The translations under genes and the position numbers were made by a program. The notes under the pieces were generated by a model. That model was not told the origin of the DNA. It ran no database searches and saw only the letters and a list, made by a program, of their open reading frames with translations. Below are positions 61,784 to 64,000 of a stretch of 64,000 bases of DNA, piece by piece. Within the stretch, counting starts at the first letter, position 1. Every line of letters begins with the position of its first letter. The stretch comes from a virus (Duplodnaviria > Caudoviricetes). The stretch is from the IMG/VR virus record IMGVR_UViG_3300037067_027643, positions 64,001-128,000 of that record, one strand, 5' to 3'.

Positions 61784-64000
61784 TTAAATTATAAGCCAAT
61801 TACTTCCATTTGATATAATAAATAATGCATCTTGTGTATTTAATACAAATGTTACGCTTCCATCTATTGTTTCATTATTATATCCGTCTAATATTATAGA
61901 ACCTGTACCACTATTTTTAATTATAAACTCTTTTCCTTTTATTCCAACACTTGTAGGTATATTAACAGTAAAATTTCCAGTAGTACATTCTATAGCTAAA
62001 TCTGATAAAGACATAGAATATGAACTACTAATTCTTGATAATGGTTGATAAATTAAATTATTTATTCTTGAATCAAATGAACTACTATTAATACTTAACG
62101 AACTTGATTCTGCTGCTGTTAAATGATATCTTTCTGTAGATATTCCTCCTTGAATTCCACTTAAATCATTATGATTTGCTGTTGTTGACAATGCAAAGGC
62201 TGCTGCAAATATACTATCAATTTGATACGATGTATCCAAACTTTGTTGAACTATTATTCTACCTACTAATATAGCATGAGATGTTATTAATGATGGTAAA
62301 TTTGCTGGTGGTAAACTTCCTTGAGCTTCTAATAATGTATAGTTTCCTTCTCCTAAAACTAAATAACATTCATTTTCTACTTCAACACCTCTATAAATAT
62401 AATTTACCGCATATTTATTTGGATTTAGACTATGTAATCCAGTATTATCATTGTATTGAGTATTATTGTATGTTGTTACCAGACTAGAAGTTTGCCAAGC
62501 TCCGCCAATTTGATATAAAAAATATAAACTATTGGCTGAAGAATTAAATTCGGATAATGTATAACTATTTGCTCCGACCCAAACAATACCTTCTGTTAAT
62601 GTAACTATTCTTGTTGGTGTTTCTCCTAACATTAACCCACTTTGTAATCTATATCTTTGTGTTTTTATTATCGATTGATGTAATTTATTTACAAGTGCTA
62701 AACCTAAATTATTCCAAGGTAATAAATGTAATCTTGTTCCTTCTCTGTATACAGTGAATACTGGTATTATTGTGGTTTCATTGATAATAGTAACATCTGT
62801 TGTAACTCTAATTATCGGGGTTCCATCATTATAATCAGCTATTACGTAATTTGTTGTTAAATCTGTTAATAAAAATGTACTTCCAGTTATTTCGTATGAA
62901 CTTATAGGAGCACTTCCATCTGTTTTACTATTTAAATTATATACTCCATCATTACCCACAATAACAGATCCACTCAAATTATCTTCGTATGTTGGTGATA
63001 ATATTATACCAGTTGATAATCTATCAAATGTGGTTGTTGCATTCCAATCACCTAAACCATTACTTAAATATTTTACATGAGTTCTTGGGTTGATTTGTAA
63101 CTTATAAGATTTTCCGTTGATTGTATCAGAACCAGATGGTAACACTTTTATTCTATTTGTTATATTTACAGAACCACTTTCATCTAAGATATATATAAAT
63201 TGTCCTTCTCTTGTCGAAGATGGTAATGTTACTATTCTTTTTGCTGATATACTCGTATATGATATAAGTTGATCATTTGATCCAGTTACGCTATAATCAC
63301 TATCTGAAACAGGAATTCTTGTTATTTCTATATTATCTAACCTATTATCAAAACTTGTACTATCATTATAATAGCTTTGTGAAAATATATTAAAACTAGA
63401 AGTTAATAAATAATTACTTTGAGAAAGATAAGTATTATTTATTTTTGTATCAAATGATGAGCTATCTTGTAAATAAGAACTGGTATCTAATTTTTGATTT
63501 ATCAAATTTAAAAAACTTCCACTATCTATTTCATAACTCGATGTAAAATTATTAAATGATTCTGTTATATTATTTATTTTTGTATTAAATGAACTACTAT
63601 CATTAAAATAACTACTTGATATATTTAAAGTAGTAATAAATTGTTGTTCTGTTAAATGTTGATAATCACCTGTATTTAAATTACTTGTACTATTATGGTC
63701 AATTGTACTCGATTGGGCAAATGTAGTAGAAAATGCACTTTGTATTAATCCAGTAGATGCTCCTTTTTGAACTATTATTCTTCCAATTAATATTCCAATA
63801 TTTACTAATTTAGCTGGTACATCACTAGGTAATGTCGATGCTAATGCGGTTGTTGTATCGCTAAATTGTCCTGTTGACCAGACATACCCAGCTTCATTAC
63901 TATTTTCTGCTTTAAATTTATATACCCAAAGAGTTGAATAATAACTTCCACTTAATTCAAGTAATTCGGTTCCATTATCAAAATGAGTATTATCATAATA
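61784..64000 (-). CDS. Tail fibre-like protein (5' end outside window)
   Basis: Frame open from 64000 to 61784; duplicated ILxGRIIVQ domain and TI(N/D)G modules; SSSF repeats. Confidence 0.65.
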   Translation of the reverse strand, partial: YYDNTHFDNGTELLELSGSYYSTLWVYKFKAENSNEAGYVWSTGQFSDTTTALASTLPSDVPAKLVNIGILIGRIIVQKGASTGLIQSAFSTTFAQSSTIDHNSTSNLNTGDYQHLTEQQFITTLNISSSYFNDSSSFNTKINNITESFNNFTSSYEIDSGSFLNLINQKLDTSSYLQDSSSFDTKINNTYLSQSNYLLTSSFNIFSQSYYNDSTSFDNRLDNIEITRIPVSDSDYSVTGSNDQLISYTSISAKRIVTLPSSTREGQFIYILDESGSVNITNRIKVLPSGSDTINGKSYKLQINPRTHVKYLSNGLGDWNATTTFDRLSTGIILSPTYEDNLSGSVIVGNDGVYNLNSKTDGSAPISSYEITGSTFLLTDLTTNYVIADYNDGTPIIRVTTDVTIINETTIIPVFTVYREGTRLHLLPWNNLGLALVNKLHQSIIKTQRYRLQSGLMLGETPTRIVTLTEGIVWVGANSYTLSEFNSSANSLYFLYQIGGAWQTSSLVTTYNNTQYNDNTGLHSLNPNKYAVNYIYRGVEVENECYLVLGEGNYTLLEAQGSLPPANLPSLITSHAILVGRIIVQQSLDTSYQIDSIFAAAFALSTTANHNDLSGIQGGISTERYHLTAAESSSLSINSSSFDSRINNLIYQPLSRISSSYSMSLSDLAIECTTGNFTVNIPTSVGIKGKEFIIKNSGTGSIILDGYNNETIDGSVTFVLNTQDALFIISNGSNWLII

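Noticed and set aside
4343-62487. Many short opposite-strand or alternate-frame ORFs (e.g. 5530, 15622, 38403, 40200, 45291, 50632, 56913)
   Set aside because: They lie inside well-supported genes and have the S/F/L/I-rich composition of antisense shadows.
55049-63475. Diversity-generating retroelement template/variable repeat pair
   Set aside because: Differences are mostly synonymous and not adenine-specific; no reverse transcriptase in the window.
61784-63505. ORF-track start at 63505
   Set aside because: The frame stays open to the window edge, so the gene starts outside the window.
1-64000. Genome-wide stop-codon recoding
   Set aside because: Long conserved genes are intact under code 11, TAG and TGA end real genes, and no suppressor tRNA was found.

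Overview
This is a 64-kb, very AT-rich segment of a large T4-like myophage. The host is inferred to be Bacteroidota, from seven TTTG-N20-TAnnTTTG promoters. The window holds a head module: terminase and portal carrying three inteins in total, prohead protease, scaffold, gp23-like major capsid protein, a phage bS21 homolog, and about 19 small proteins that share a capsid-targeting-like leader. It also holds tail/baseplate genes, a fused SbcD-SbcC nuclease, a Dda-like helicase, RtcB, macro-type domains, a frameshifted UvsE, putative homing endonucleases and 22 tRNAs in two arrays. The main finding is that each tRNA array is preceded by an unannotated short leader ORF, an intrinsic terminator and an alternative antiterminator pairing. 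The codons of each leader match the tRNA set downstream, including the Arg isoacceptor split (CGN versus AGA). This looks like a multi-amino-acid ribosome-stalling attenuator that switches on phage tRNAs when the matching host tRNAs become limiting, supported by boxA-like antitermination elements. All calls were made by eye without database searches.
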